Source of the DNA: a bacterium
GTDB taxonomy: Bacteria; Vulcanimicrobiota; JAZDOK01
Reading direction: 5' to 3'
Assembly: GCA_043798715.1 (NCBI GenBank)
Contig: JAZDOK010000016.1
Location: 1,036 to 65,035 of the forward strand
Length of the DNA stretch: 64,000 nt
Part shown: in pieces, positions 55,001 through 63,489 of the stretch
How positions within the stretch are numbered: position 1 is the stretch's first letter
Layout of the letters: the number at the start of each line of letters is the position of its first letter
Notes under the pieces: generated by a model
Database searches by the model: none
Told to the model about the DNA's origin: nothing
What the model saw: only the letters and a program-made list of their open reading frames with translations
Position numbers and translations under genes: made by a program

Positions 55001-55290
55001 GAGCCAGCCTGGCCAAGGACATACGGACCAAGCTCCTGGTGCGCCTGAAGAAAACCGTGCCCCAGGCGTCTGGTTCCACCCCCAACGCCCTGACGAAGGA
55101 AGCCATTGAGCAGGCCGGCCGGCACTACGAGGAAGTGGCCAAAGTCCTGGACGACTTTGCCGCCAACAAGATTGACCCGCTCACGGCCAGCAGGAAGGTG
55201 CGGGAGCTCACCGGCGGCTGCTCCCTCTCAGAGATAGCCCAAGAAGCCGGTGGGCTTCTAAAAAAACTGGGCGAGGCCCAGGCAAAATAG
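52048..55290 (+). CDS. large secreted protein with a beta-rich module, long coiled-coil regions and two central hydrophobic segments; unknown function
   Basis: 1080-aa ORF. It has a signal peptide (LFFLFFLFLAAPVLSQ), Ala/Glu/Lys-rich heptad-like stretches, and hydrophobic segments at ALMVLSLGAEILPGMAIQMA.. and ..LLIVGGIIGVTKLGGYVLG. Confidence 0.75.
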   Translation: MKRTCLGNLLFFLFFLFLAAPVLSQDAAQDQPVPSLLVRPAVNVSPLGPLQYEGGLDVMRSSLRTLMGLLTPDEEKKFMAQWAPQYDFPNAEARAYYEKLNPLLEELISLRQAMLEAAREHDAALREMELAWRLDDDEGFREAEGIVLSQKGIIVPGEKRARELLAAIEKLGDPPDASEARKNARRRHTQARATAEKACGGEPAAPGRELHEGWWILTDKKVSKDQFVTYTGTGVSGTCVADHPTDGWTASFTHTWSAPPSRMHAGYYYTPNPQAYTGGKTENIGETVKLSGTVRLVSWKWSREGPGDGRIDKSVPPRADAETHFWVSLEDSPTLGIAKCKDARVETKGKSEDEATCSFVAPFAPYGDSKYKLQIWVPTYGSGGRGYSCGVTYVYSWDPTGNTVKPLEDKEQPPNPAGETTAATSVPQPVDPAEEARKIKEEDEKGKADRIAESEANINRARKVLSNLENDLAAERAGKNDAKRIGDIEFAILGQKSDIHDEENRIASVKSGEIVSTRGPFEEYASALLIESCRKEVQDFSRIQQEQAAAQRLIAILEKYSPEEAETARKFAERELGPELYASRDLAKAKKAVEQVHALVENKLKTEQAYRESRQEYTARHAAVMDGYVKAAESIKTNSGRALMVLSLGAEILPGMAIQMAYEAGVGFAEGATPAQVATRAGTNLLIVGGIIGVTKLGGYVLGKMLAPAAGKVAAEAAEQGAPKVGEVFQGAKFAEELGNNQALVKQAVEKLAGKRQALVAARAAKESPEVIAKLEKEADELVSSIEGSTLAKRALKTEVKAAEKAAEGAEAGSAEAAKLEQLQKTETAYLEHLSELQAKTRSRMVEDLQKQGYNVEEGWFTTFRNQSSKGINNDLDLGLLAELEGKLMKEGKPVTLQEFMKDAQKAYDGAFKSVTGRSAKLADQNVTTSAFSEAYPLEWLSKNENLIVAADPASCAKAGQAIANKVENALAGPDPFFVNLQKAGASLAKDIRTKLLVRLKKTVPQASGSTPNALTKEAIEQAGRHYEEVAKVLDDFAANKIDPLTASRKVRELTGGCSLSEIAQEAGGLLKKLGEAQAK

Positions 55291-55323
55291 ATTGTAAAAA
55301 TTTCCGGGATTTACCGGCAATAT

Positions 55324-55383
55324 TCTGATCCTGGCTCGGCCCTCTGAGGGAAGGCCGACTGCCTCGTCAGCGGAGACAAGGAT
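55324..55383 (+). pseudogene. ~60-nt fragment of a PIN-toxin gene paralog
   Basis: TCTGATCCTGGCTCGGCCCTC..AAGGCCGACTGCCTCGTCAGCGGAGACAAGGAT nearly matches 59062-59122 inside the PIN gene, including an exact 33-nt run. It is intergenic here. Confidence 0.7.
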
Positions 55384-55463
55384 TTACGGGAGGCCATTCA
55401 GAAGAAATATTCACGATTCTCCATTTCAAGGAGGCGCGGGAGGCCGCGCTGGAAAGGCATAAG

Positions 55464-57638
55464 GTGAAAGGCCGAAGTTTCATTCAATTCCTCGATCTCG
55501 TTCTGGTCAGTTTCCTCATCCTTTTCCTGGAACTGGCCTGTATTCGCTGGTTTCCAAGTTACCTCAGGCTCCTGAGCTTTTTTACGAATTTTATTCTGCT
55601 CGCCTGTTTTCTCGGCATGAGCATCGGCTGTCTCATCGCCGACCGGAAAGAGGATTTTTTCGCATGGTCGGGGCCTCTTCTCCTGACGGCTTGTTTTATT
55701 GTCTGGTGCTTTAAAGCCCTGGGTTTGACCACAACGATGGGAACTCAGCTCTTTAAAGATGAAATCTTTTTCGGCGCCGAGATCCTTGAAACTCAGAGAA
55801 TCGTTCCTCTCGAGCTGATCGTGGTCGTCTTCTTTCTTCTCCTGTCTCTGGCCTTCGTCGGACTGGGACAGAAACTGGGGCGGGAACTTAAAAAGCATCC
55901 GCCGCTCATCGCTTACTCCTTCAATATAGGGGGAAGCCTTATTGGAATTCTGGCGTTTTCCGTCTGCTCCTACCTCTCAACGCCGCCTTCCGTATGGTTC
56001 GCCCTGTCGCTGCTGGCTTTTGTGTTGTTGTTGAGGGACAGGTCCCGCGTCACCCGGCTGGCGAACCTTCTGGCTCAGGTACTTCTGCTGAGCATCGTTG
56101 TCGTGATGGAGTTTCATACGATATGGTCTCCCTACTACAAGATCGTGCTCCAATCCGATAAAAACTCACCCGGCGTCACCCATCTCCTCGTGAACGATAT
56201 CGGCCACCAGTTCATGAAGCCGGTTGACCAGTTCTCTCTTTATTCCATTCCCTATATTCTACTCGCCAGGAGCCGGCCGGAAGCTTCCCCGGATCATGTA
56301 CTGGTCATTGGAGCGGGCACGGGTAATGATGTCGCCCATGCACTTTACAATGGAGCCCGCAAAATAGACGCGGTCGAAATTGATGCCTCCATCATCCGCC
56401 TGGGAAAGATATTGCACCCGGAACATCCCTACCAGAGCGATAAGGTCTCACTTTACAATGAGGACGGTCGTTCCTTTATCAAAAGGGTGAAAGAAAAATA
56501 TGACATCGTTCTCTACGGACTGGTGGACTCTCTCACCCTGCTGTCCACCTATTCCAGCATCCGGCTGGAGAACTATCTTTTCACCACCGAGGCGTTTCGA
56601 GAGGTGAAAGAACGGCTTAAGCCCGGAGGAATCTTCGTGGTTTATAATTATTTTCGCGAGGGGTGGCTGATCCAGCGCATAAGCCGCATGCTGGAGACGG
56701 TTTTCAATCAGAAGCCTCTCATTCTGACCTATCCCCCCTGCGCTGTCATACGGGATGTTCCCCGGGATCCGAGCGATTTTTCGCTTTCTACTTTTGCGAT
56801 TTTCATTTGTGGAGACAAGGACGGGATAGAAAAGTATCTAAGAGAAAAGAGTGTCAACATTGTCTCGCCAAACCGGTTTCCGGGTGCTCTGCCGATCGGG
56901 AGTCCCGCTCCCGGGAAAAAACAGCTCTACGGGATGAAATTTGCGCCATCTCGGCTGGATATAGTAAGCTCGCATGAAAAGTTGCCGGAAGATGACTGGC
57001 CTTTTCTATACCTGAGAAAACCATCCCTCCCTCCTCACAATATAAAAGGCCTGTTACTGATTCTCCTGTGCTCTCTTATTCTGATGAGCTATCCCGGCCG
57101 TTTCCGCTTAAAGGACATCAACGGGCACTTCTTTTTCCTGGGCAGCGGTTTCATGATCATGGAGACCCTCAGCATTACCAGGTTTGCCCTTCTTTTTGGT
57201 TCCACCTGGCTCAATAATTCGATTGTTTTTTTCTCGATTCTTGCCATGGGACTCTGTGCGACCCTGGTTGCTTTATTCAGGCCGGGAATAAAAACATCTT
57301 ATCTGTATGCGGGCGTCTTCCTTTCTCTGGCCCTTATCCCGCTGGTCCCTATGAAATTCTTTCTCTCCCTTCCGCCGCTGGAAAGGCTTCTTTCTTCCGG
57401 GCTGTTATACTTTCTGCCAATCTTCTTCGGAGGAATTATTTTCGCTAATTCCTTCGGCAAGAGCGAGTCTTCCAACAAGGATTTGGGTTCCAACATCCTG
57501 GGAGCGATGCTTGGAGGGGTTGCGGAATACCTCTCCCTCATTTGGGGTTATCAGCACCTGGTACTGTTCGTGGCATTCATGTATTTTCTCTCGTGGATTT
57601 TCCTTCCAAAAGGCCGGACTTCACGGGGGAGGATTTAA
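55464..57638 (+). CDS. polytopic membrane protein with central spermidine/spermine-synthase-like methyltransferase-fold domain
   Basis: 724 aa. N-terminal and C-terminal TM bundles flank ..HVLVIGAGTGNDVAHAL....KIDAVEID..I...G (SAM/dcSAM-binding fold). Confidence 0.8.
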   Translation: MKGRSFIQFLDLVLVSFLILFLELACIRWFPSYLRLLSFFTNFILLACFLGMSIGCLIADRKEDFFAWSGPLLLTACFIVWCFKALGLTTTMGTQLFKDEIFFGAEILETQRIVPLELIVVVFFLLLSLAFVGLGQKLGRELKKHPPLIAYSFNIGGSLIGILAFSVCSYLSTPPSVWFALSLLAFVLLLRDRSRVTRLANLLAQVLLLSIVVVMEFHTIWSPYYKIVLQSDKNSPGVTHLLVNDIGHQFMKPVDQFSLYSIPYILLARSRPEASPDHVLVIGAGTGNDVAHALYNGARKIDAVEIDASIIRLGKILHPEHPYQSDKVSLYNEDGRSFIKRVKEKYDIVLYGLVDSLTLLSTYSSIRLENYLFTTEAFREVKERLKPGGIFVVYNYFREGWLIQRISRMLETVFNQKPLILTYPPCAVIRDVPRDPSDFSLSTFAIFICGDKDGIEKYLREKSVNIVSPNRFPGALPIGSPAPGKKQLYGMKFAPSRLDIVSSHEKLPEDDWPFLYLRKPSLPPHNIKGLLLILLCSLILMSYPGRFRLKDINGHFFFLGSGFMIMETLSITRFALLFGSTWLNNSIVFFSILAMGLCATLVALFRPGIKTSYLYAGVFLSLALIPLVPMKFFLSLPPLERLLSSGLLYFLPIFFGGIIFANSFGKSESSNKDLGSNILGAMLGGVAEYLSLIWGYQHLVLFVAFMYFLSWIFLPKGRTSRGRI

Positions 57639-57735
57639 CGCTCTTCTTTCAGAAATATGTTTGTATCATTCCGTGCCGGTTGTTGCGCGGAGCTTTGCCG
57701 CCCATGTATTCATTTGACAAAAAGGAGGCTATAAA

Positions 57736-58524
57736 ATGAAACTATCCCGAAAAACCCTCGCCGCCGTACTGGTGATCACCCTGCTCTGTACCGTGTCCTG
57801 GGCCCTGGCCACGACCATGACCATCAAGTTCAAGGATGGGACCGTGGTGAACTACGACGCGACTAAGATCGAGTCCGTAATATTTTCTGAGACCGCAACT
57901 CCCGGGGCTCAGGAGGGCACGGCTATTTTCGAAGACACCTTCCCCTCGGGGCTCTCCGATACCTGGGAGCCGATTGCGTGCGCGGGCGGAAGTTTTGACA
58001 AGTTTGCCAAGGCCCTGCCCGGACGCATCGAGGTGATTGTGCCGGAAGGCAATTCCTGGGGCAAGACCGGCATCGTATCGCGCCAACCTTTGTTCACCGT
58101 GGGGCCCGACATGGAAACCGCGCCTCTCGCGCTTGAGCTCAAATTCGACCCGGCCAGGACCACGGGCTTAATCATCGGCCTTTCCGAAAGCAAAACCCAG
58201 GATCTCTATTGGGCCCAGAACGTCTGGTTCCATATAGGCCGCCCCTCCGTGACCGCGACTTCCTCTGATTTCAGTAACACCCAGAACGGCGTCGAGAATT
58301 ACGGCTCGGCCAAGGGCCCGGCCGCGTTTCCCGGGACCGTAACCCTGACCATCAAGCCGGGCTTTGTCAGCGTGGAGACCTCAACCGGCATCAAGCAGGA
58401 GGGCAAGTTCTCCTGGCTCAAGCCCGGATCTTCAGCCTATCTCTATATCTTCAGTCATCCCACGGCCGAGGGTCTGCCTGCCGCCTTCATCCTGGAGAAA
58501 ATAAGGATGTTCACCGGTCGCTGA
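57736..58524 (+). CDS. secreted hypothetical protein
   Basis: 262 aa with a signal peptide (LAAVLVITLLCTVSWALA). No recognised motif. Confidence 0.65.
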   Translation: MKLSRKTLAAVLVITLLCTVSWALATTMTIKFKDGTVVNYDATKIESVIFSETATPGAQEGTAIFEDTFPSGLSDTWEPIACAGGSFDKFAKALPGRIEVIVPEGNSWGKTGIVSRQPLFTVGPDMETAPLALELKFDPARTTGLIIGLSESKTQDLYWAQNVWFHIGRPSVTATSSDFSNTQNGVENYGSAKGPAAFPGTVTLTIKPGFVSVETSTGIKQEGKFSWLKPGSSAYLYIFSHPTAEGLPAAFILEKIRMFTGR

Positions 58525-58583
58525 AAACTGTTGAATTTTCGTCCAACCTGTGCTACAATGTGTTACAGGAGGATGAATTCAAT

Positions 58584-58802
58584 ATGAGAGAAAGCATTTC
58601 TATCAGTCTTCCCACCCCCATGCGGCAAAGGCTGGATCGTTTCATCAGGGCGGGACGTCTTAACCGGAGCGATATCGTCCGCGAGGCCCTGCGGCAATAC
58701 TTCGCCCGCGAGGAATTCCGCCGCCTTCGCTCCCTCATGGTGCCGGAAGCAGAAGAACGCGGCATCTTCACGGACGACGATGTCTTCAAGCACCTCAAAT
58801 GA
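58584..58802 (+). CDS. ribbon-helix-helix (CopG-like) antitoxin
   Basis: MRESISISLPTPMRQRLDRFIRAGRLNRSDIVREALRQY is the RHH pattern. Its stop overlaps the PIN gene start by 4 nt. Confidence 0.8.
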   Translation: MRESISISLPTPMRQRLDRFIRAGRLNRSDIVREALRQYFAREEFRRLRSLMVPEAEERGIFTDDDVFKHLK

Positions 58803-59215
58803 AGGTCTTTTTCGACACCAATGTCCTTATAGCTGCTTTCATCTCCCACGGAGCCTGCACGGAACTCTTCGAACACTGTTTGAGTGAACACCGGATCTGC
58901 CTCTCCCAGGAGGTCCTTGGAGAGTTGGAGGAAAAACTCACCGGCAAATTGGCCTTTCCTGAAGAAAAAGTTAAGGAAGTTCTCTCCTTCCTCCGGGAGA
59001 ACGCGGAGGTTCTGCCTTCCGGGATCTTGCCTTCACCTGTCAGCCGGGATCCCGATGACGATCTGATCCTGGCCTCGGCCCTCGGGGGTAAGGCCGACTG
59101 CCTCGTCAGCGGAGACAAGGATCTGCTTGTTCTGGAGAAGGTGCCGGGTCTGCCCATTATCAGCCCCGGCGACTTCTGGCGGTTTGAAAAAAGGAGAGGC
59201 CGGAAGCGGCGTTGA
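58799..59215 (+). CDS. PIN-domain toxin (VapC-like, TIGR00305-type)
   Basis: MKVFFDTNVLIAAF is the first acidic motif, followed by ..DPDDDLILASAL.GKADCLVSGDKDLL. Confidence 0.85.
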   Translation: MKVFFDTNVLIAAFISHGACTELFEHCLSEHRICLSQEVLGELEEKLTGKLAFPEEKVKEVLSFLRENAEVLPSGILPSPVSRDPDDDLILASALGGKADCLVSGDKDLLVLEKVPGLPIISPGDFWRFEKRRGRKRR

Positions 59216-59234
59216 CAACTTAACAAGCGCATGT

Positions 59235-59456
59235 CTACTTTTTCTTCCTCAAGACGCCTTCGAGCCAGTCGAGGATGCGCTCGTTGGCGAAGACCATGGC
59301 CCCTATCTGGCAGTGTTCCTCCGCCCCGTCCTGCGAGGTAGTGAGCAGAAAATCCCTGGGGCACTTGAGGGTTTCATATTCCACCACGACGCGAATAACG
59401 GGTGGGACAAGGTTGTCGAGAAGTATTTCAAGACCGCCTGAGACCCATATACTCAA
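59235..59456 (-). CDS. hypothetical small protein (uncertain)
   Basis: 73-aa ORF filling the gap downstream of the Mut7-C gene, overlapping it by 29 nt. No motif. Confidence 0.25.
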   Translation of the reverse strand: MSIWVSGGLEILLDNLVPPVIRVVVEYETLKCPRDFLLTTSQDGAEEHCQIGAMVFANERILDWLEGVLRKKK

Positions 59457-59889
59457 GCTCGGCTTTCATGTGCTCGTAATGGGTGGCCGCCCAAAAAACT
59501 TTCATGCAATTGGGACAGCGGGAGAAATTATCCCGGGTCTTAAAAACATAAGGTGGAACCAATATCTTCACTTCTTCTTTTTCAACCGGTAAAAGCTTTT
59601 CGTTGCAGGCCAGGCAGCGAGTGAACAGGGCGGCCTTGTCTGAAGGAAAGACGTTCAGAAACTGGGCCAGTTGATTCCGCCAGAGGTCGTCCCGGATAAA
59701 GAAAATTTCAAGCCCCTTCTTTTTCGCCAGCCTGGTGTCCCGGGTGAGGAGCACGCGGTTTTCATTTTTGGCCAGGGACAGAAGAACTTCGTCGGCGATT
59801 TCGCTGAAATAAAGCGTGTCAAAACCGAGGATTCTGAGCCACCTGGCCAGCCGGCCCAGCATGGCGTCCGCAAGAAATTTCCGGTTCAT
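59428..59889 (-). CDS. Mut7-C RNase domain (DUF82) protein: PIN-like domain + C-terminal zinc ribbon
   Basis: F..DAMLGRLARWLRILGFDT is the family signature, with C-terminal CLACN....CPNC. Confidence 0.85.
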   Translation of the reverse strand: MNRKFLADAMLGRLARWLRILGFDTLYFSEIADEVLLSLAKNENRVLLTRDTRLAKKKGLEIFFIRDDLWRNQLAQFLNVFPSDKAALFTRCLACNEKLLPVEKEEVKILVPPYVFKTRDNFSRCPNCMKVFWAATHYEHMKAELEYMGLRRS

Positions 59890-60076
59890 GGTGTGAAAAG
59901 TTTTCGACGGATTTACTTTTACACCTGTTCCCTGATGAGTATCGGGTCAATGTTCAAAGTTCAGACTCCGGGTACGCAAGCCCGCTGCCCGCATCTGATA
60001 AATGAGTATGGGAAGAGGGATCTTGAAAAGCCGCGATGAATAAAAGAGTGTTTGTTTTTCATCACTGTCAATAGAA

Positions 60077-61225
60077 ATGAGGGCACTCTTGACCGAAAAG
60101 GGAAAATCAAATTCAGAAAAAGGAGGGCATATCCGCGCCGCCAAGGCCTATTTTTTTTCAGGGAATGCTCTGTATCTGGCCGGTTTATTCATCTACACGT
60201 TCAGTCCCTATTATGGGAATTTCATCTCGACTGAACGGTTCGACTATGCCGTTTTTCCGGAAATAGTCCGACCGTTTTTTGAGGCACTCTTTGCGGTCAT
60301 CGGGCAGAATACCCAGGAGTTTCTCTGGCGGGCGTATCTATGTTACCTGCTTTATTCTCTTTTCAATGTTTTATTTCAGCCTCGGAAGATCGAACTTGAG
60401 AGATACCGCCCCTATGTTTTCTGGAGGGTCCTGGGTTCGGCGATCAGTGCCGGCCTGCCTTTTTTAAAGGGCGACATGCAAAAGTCCGGACCTCCCTTCA
60501 AATGGAGCCAGGCCGAACGCACGACGGTCCTGTGTTTTCTCCTGAAGTTTTTTTATATTCCGGTGATGACCAATTTTCTTTTCTCCAATATCAAGCTTTT
60601 GTTTGTAAATTACGATAAAATAACGATGATCGGAATCGGTCTCCCTCAGATCATCGAGGCGGTCTATTTTTCCATGCTTTACATCCTCCTGATTGTGGAT
60701 ACCGGCTTTTTTACCTTCGGTTATATTTTCGAAATCAAGGGCAAGAGCGAGTTCCGCTCGGTGGACCCCTATTTCACAGGTTGGCTGGCAGCACTCATGT
60801 GCTACCCCCCTTTTAACGGCATCACCTGCCAGTTAATCGGATGGGGTTCCACGGACTACGCCACCTTTGGCTCCATTCCGGTCACTATTGCGGTCCTGAG
60901 CCTGGTGCTGGTTCTTTATTTTATTTACACCTGGGCCTCGGTGGCTCTGGGTCTCAAGGCCAGCAACCTTACCAACAGGGGAATAGTCTCATGGGGACCA
61001 TACCGCTTTATCCGCCACCCGGCCTACATCTGCAAGAACCTGGCCTGGATCGTCATGGCGATCCCGCTCATGAGAAACGGACTGCCGACGATCCTGCCCC
61101 TCATTCTATGGAGTATGGTCTATCTTTTCCGCGCCCTGACCGAGGAGCGCCATCTACTGGCGGATCCGGACTACCGGGAATACTGCCTTAAGGTGCGCTA
61201 CCGTTTCATCCCCGGCCTCTATTAA
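60077..61225 (+). CDS. polytopic membrane protein with C-terminal isoprenylcysteine carboxyl methyltransferase (ICMT/PEMT)-like domain
   Basis: ..GPYRFIRHPAYICKNLAWI......L..AL.EERHL......Y.EY...V.YRFIPG is a typical ICMT-family tail. Confidence 0.75.
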   Translation: MRALLTEKGKSNSEKGGHIRAAKAYFFSGNALYLAGLFIYTFSPYYGNFISTERFDYAVFPEIVRPFFEALFAVIGQNTQEFLWRAYLCYLLYSLFNVLFQPRKIELERYRPYVFWRVLGSAISAGLPFLKGDMQKSGPPFKWSQAERTTVLCFLLKFFYIPVMTNFLFSNIKLLFVNYDKITMIGIGLPQIIEAVYFSMLYILLIVDTGFFTFGYIFEIKGKSEFRSVDPYFTGWLAALMCYPPFNGITCQLIGWGSTDYATFGSIPVTIAVLSLVLVLYFIYTWASVALGLKASNLTNRGIVSWGPYRFIRHPAYICKNLAWIVMAIPLMRNGLPTILPLILWSMVYLFRALTEERHLLADPDYREYCLKVRYRFIPGLY

Positions 61226-61288
61226 TCCGTTCGTCCTGCGGGCGGAGGATATCTTGGCTTTTTGGAGAAAGTCACTTTTTAAGGAGGG

Positions 61289-62215
61289 ATGATAATCATG
61301 AGAATGAGAATTTCACAGCTTACCCTGTTCGTGTTTCTGATACTGCTTATTTCTTTCTCCGGGGCCCAGGCGGCCAAGATGAAAATTGCGGTGCTCCCCT
61401 TCGAGGATGGCTCCCTGAAGCACTGGTGGTCGGGGGATTTCAGGCCGGGCGAGGGCATCGCGGACTCAATGGTCACGGCCCTTGTCAACAGCAAGGCTTT
61501 TGTAGTGGTAGAGCGCTCTGAGTTGAAGAAAGTGCTCGAGGAGCAGGGCCTTGGGGGCACCGGTATCGTGGATCCGGCCACGGCCGCCAAGGTCGGAAAG
61601 GTTCTGGGGGTCCGCTATCTGGTCATGGGAAAGGTCACCGATTTTTCGCTCAGGGAATCGAACGTCGGGGTCGGCTCCATCCTCTCCCTTTTCGGCTCCA
61701 ACAACCAGCAGGCCAACACTCTTGATTCCAAGACCGGGACGGCCCGGGTGGCCATTGACGCCCGACTGATTGACACCGAGACGGCCGAGATCGCCTTTGC
61801 GGAAAAGGGAGTCGGGGAGATGTCCGCTTCCAATATCGGACTGTCCGGCCAGAACATAGGTATGACCAACTTCAAGGAATCCATACTGGGGAAGGCCACT
61901 GAAAAAGCCATTGAGACCCTGGTGCAAAAAGTGGTTGAGTCGGCCAAAGCCTCGCCCGAGGGCAAGGTGGTGGACGTTGAGGGAAGCATTATCACAATCA
62001 ACATGGGTGAAGGAGAAGTAACCGTCGGGCAGGAACTCAAAATTTTTTCAAAGGGCAAGGAGATAAAGGATCCGGACACGGGGGAATTGCTCGAGTGCCA
62101 GACTGATGAGATCGGTCTAATCCGCGTTATCTCCGTCTCCAAAAAAGTTTCCAAGTGCTCGGTCTTAGAAACGACCAGGGATATCAAGCCCAGGGATGTC
62201 GTGAAGTTCAAGTAG
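61289..62215 (+). CDS. CsgG-family (curli assembly/transport-like) periplasmic lipoprotein
   Basis: Signal peptide, then KIAVLPFED.S......GEGIADSMVTALVNS..F.VVERSEL..VL.EQGL...G.VD..TAAKVGK.LGV.YLV.GKVT.F. Confidence 0.8.
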   Translation: MIIMRMRISQLTLFVFLILLISFSGAQAAKMKIAVLPFEDGSLKHWWSGDFRPGEGIADSMVTALVNSKAFVVVERSELKKVLEEQGLGGTGIVDPATAAKVGKVLGVRYLVMGKVTDFSLRESNVGVGSILSLFGSNNQQANTLDSKTGTARVAIDARLIDTETAEIAFAEKGVGEMSASNIGLSGQNIGMTNFKESILGKATEKAIETLVQKVVESAKASPEGKVVDVEGSIITINMGEGEVTVGQELKIFSKGKEIKDPDTGELLECQTDEIGLIRVISVSKKVSKCSVLETTRDIKPRDVVKFK

Positions 62216-62275
62216 ACAGAAGACCATAGACCATAGACAGGGGAACTTCGGAGCGAGTGGATTTTTTCGAGGAAG

Positions 62276-63397
62276 GTGTCTGTCATGAGAAAAGTCGCAA
62301 TATCAGCTTGTTTCTGCTTCCTACTGATACTGGGCCTTGCGGGGGCGATCAGGGCGGCCGAGGTGAAGGAAGTGGTTGTCACCGGTAGCGGGGTCTCCAA
62401 AAACGCCGCCATTCGCGAGGCATTGAGAACGGCTATTGAACAGGCTCTGGGGGTCTTCATTGATTCTTCCACCAAGGTTGAAAACAGCGAGCTGATTGAA
62501 GACAAAATTCTGTCCCATGCGGAGGGCTTCGTCAGCGGCCAGGAAGTGCTCGAGGAGAAGAGCGGAAAGGATTCCTTCTGGGTGAAGCTGAAGGTAAAAG
62601 TCAGCCTTGAACCCCTTAAAGACGAGCTTTCCCGGTTGAAAATTCTGATCAAGACTATAGGGGATCCCAGAATCATGGTGATCATCCCCGAGACTCACAT
62701 CGCTCATCCAAGGGTGCCCGATCCCGCCGGTGAGACGGAAATCATCCGCAAGCTTCTCGGAGCCGGCTACAAGGTTGTGGATCCGCATATAGTCTCCTCC
62801 ATACGCTACGGCGATCTGGTGGACAAGCTGCTCCGCGGCGACACCGCCGCGGCCCAGCAAATAGGCTCCAAATACGGGGCTGATATAATAATCATCGGGG
62901 AGGCCTTCAGCGAGGAAAACCAGAACCCCACGCTTCGGGATACCGGGCTCTCCTCCGCCAGGGCGCGGGTTGAGGCCAGGGCCGTCTGGGCCTCAAACGG
63001 CGAGGTCATCGCGGCGCACGGGATCCATGCCAGCGGAGTGGATTACACGCCTCTGGCGGCCGGGAAAAAGGCCCTGGCCCAGGCCGGCTCGGAGATAGCC
63101 GATTATTTCATCCCGCTGCTGGTCGGCAAAAAAGGCGGCGAAAAAACCCTCAAACTCATGTTTACCAACGTCACCAGCCTCTCAAAGCTGAAAGCTCTCA
63201 TGAATTACATCCAGGGAATCTCCGGCGTCGGCGGCGTCTTCCAGCGCGAATTCAGCAGCGTGGCCGGCCTGGCCCTGTTGGACGTGGACGTCAATCTTTC
63301 GGCCCAGGATTTTGCCTCCGAGCTCGAAAAATCCAGTGTTCTTAAAATTGCGATCAAAAATGTGGAAATGTCGCGGGTTGACGCCGAGCTGAAGTAG
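62276..63397 (+). CDS. LPP20/FlgT-N-like secreted lipoprotein-type protein
   Basis: Signal peptide, then V.GSG.S...AI..AL..AIEQALGV.I.S.T.VEN..LI.DKI.S...GFV (LPP20-like), plus a second CsgG/LpoB-like module (IMVIIPE..). Confidence 0.6.
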   Translation: MSVMRKVAISACFCFLLILGLAGAIRAAEVKEVVVTGSGVSKNAAIREALRTAIEQALGVFIDSSTKVENSELIEDKILSHAEGFVSGQEVLEEKSGKDSFWVKLKVKVSLEPLKDELSRLKILIKTIGDPRIMVIIPETHIAHPRVPDPAGETEIIRKLLGAGYKVVDPHIVSSIRYGDLVDKLLRGDTAAAQQIGSKYGADIIIIGEAFSEENQNPTLRDTGLSSARARVEARAVWASNGEVIAAHGIHASGVDYTPLAAGKKALAQAGSEIADYFIPLLVGKKGGEKTLKLMFTNVTSLSKLKALMNYIQGISGVGGVFQREFSSVAGLALLDVDVNLSAQDFASELEKSSVLKIAIKNVEMSRVDAELK

Positions 63398-63450
63398 AAG
63401 CAGGCCTGCCCCGCCGTTGGTGCCGTTGGCGGTGACAGGCCTGTTATATT

Positions 63451-63480
63451 TGTAGGGGCGATTAATTAATCGCCCCTACA
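63451..63480. terminator. bidirectional terminator (perfect 30-nt palindrome)
   Basis: TGTAGGGGCGATTAA|TTAATCGCCCCTACA between convergent genes, with T-runs on both sides. Confidence 0.7.
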
Positions 63481-63489
63481 ACATTTTTG

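Noticed and set aside
61615-62685. 356-aa minus-strand ORF spanning the CsgG-like/LPP20-like genes
   Set aside because: It is antisense to two genes with signal peptides and family motifs, and it crosses their intergenic region. The Ser/Thr/Pro-rich composition is typical of a shadow ORF.
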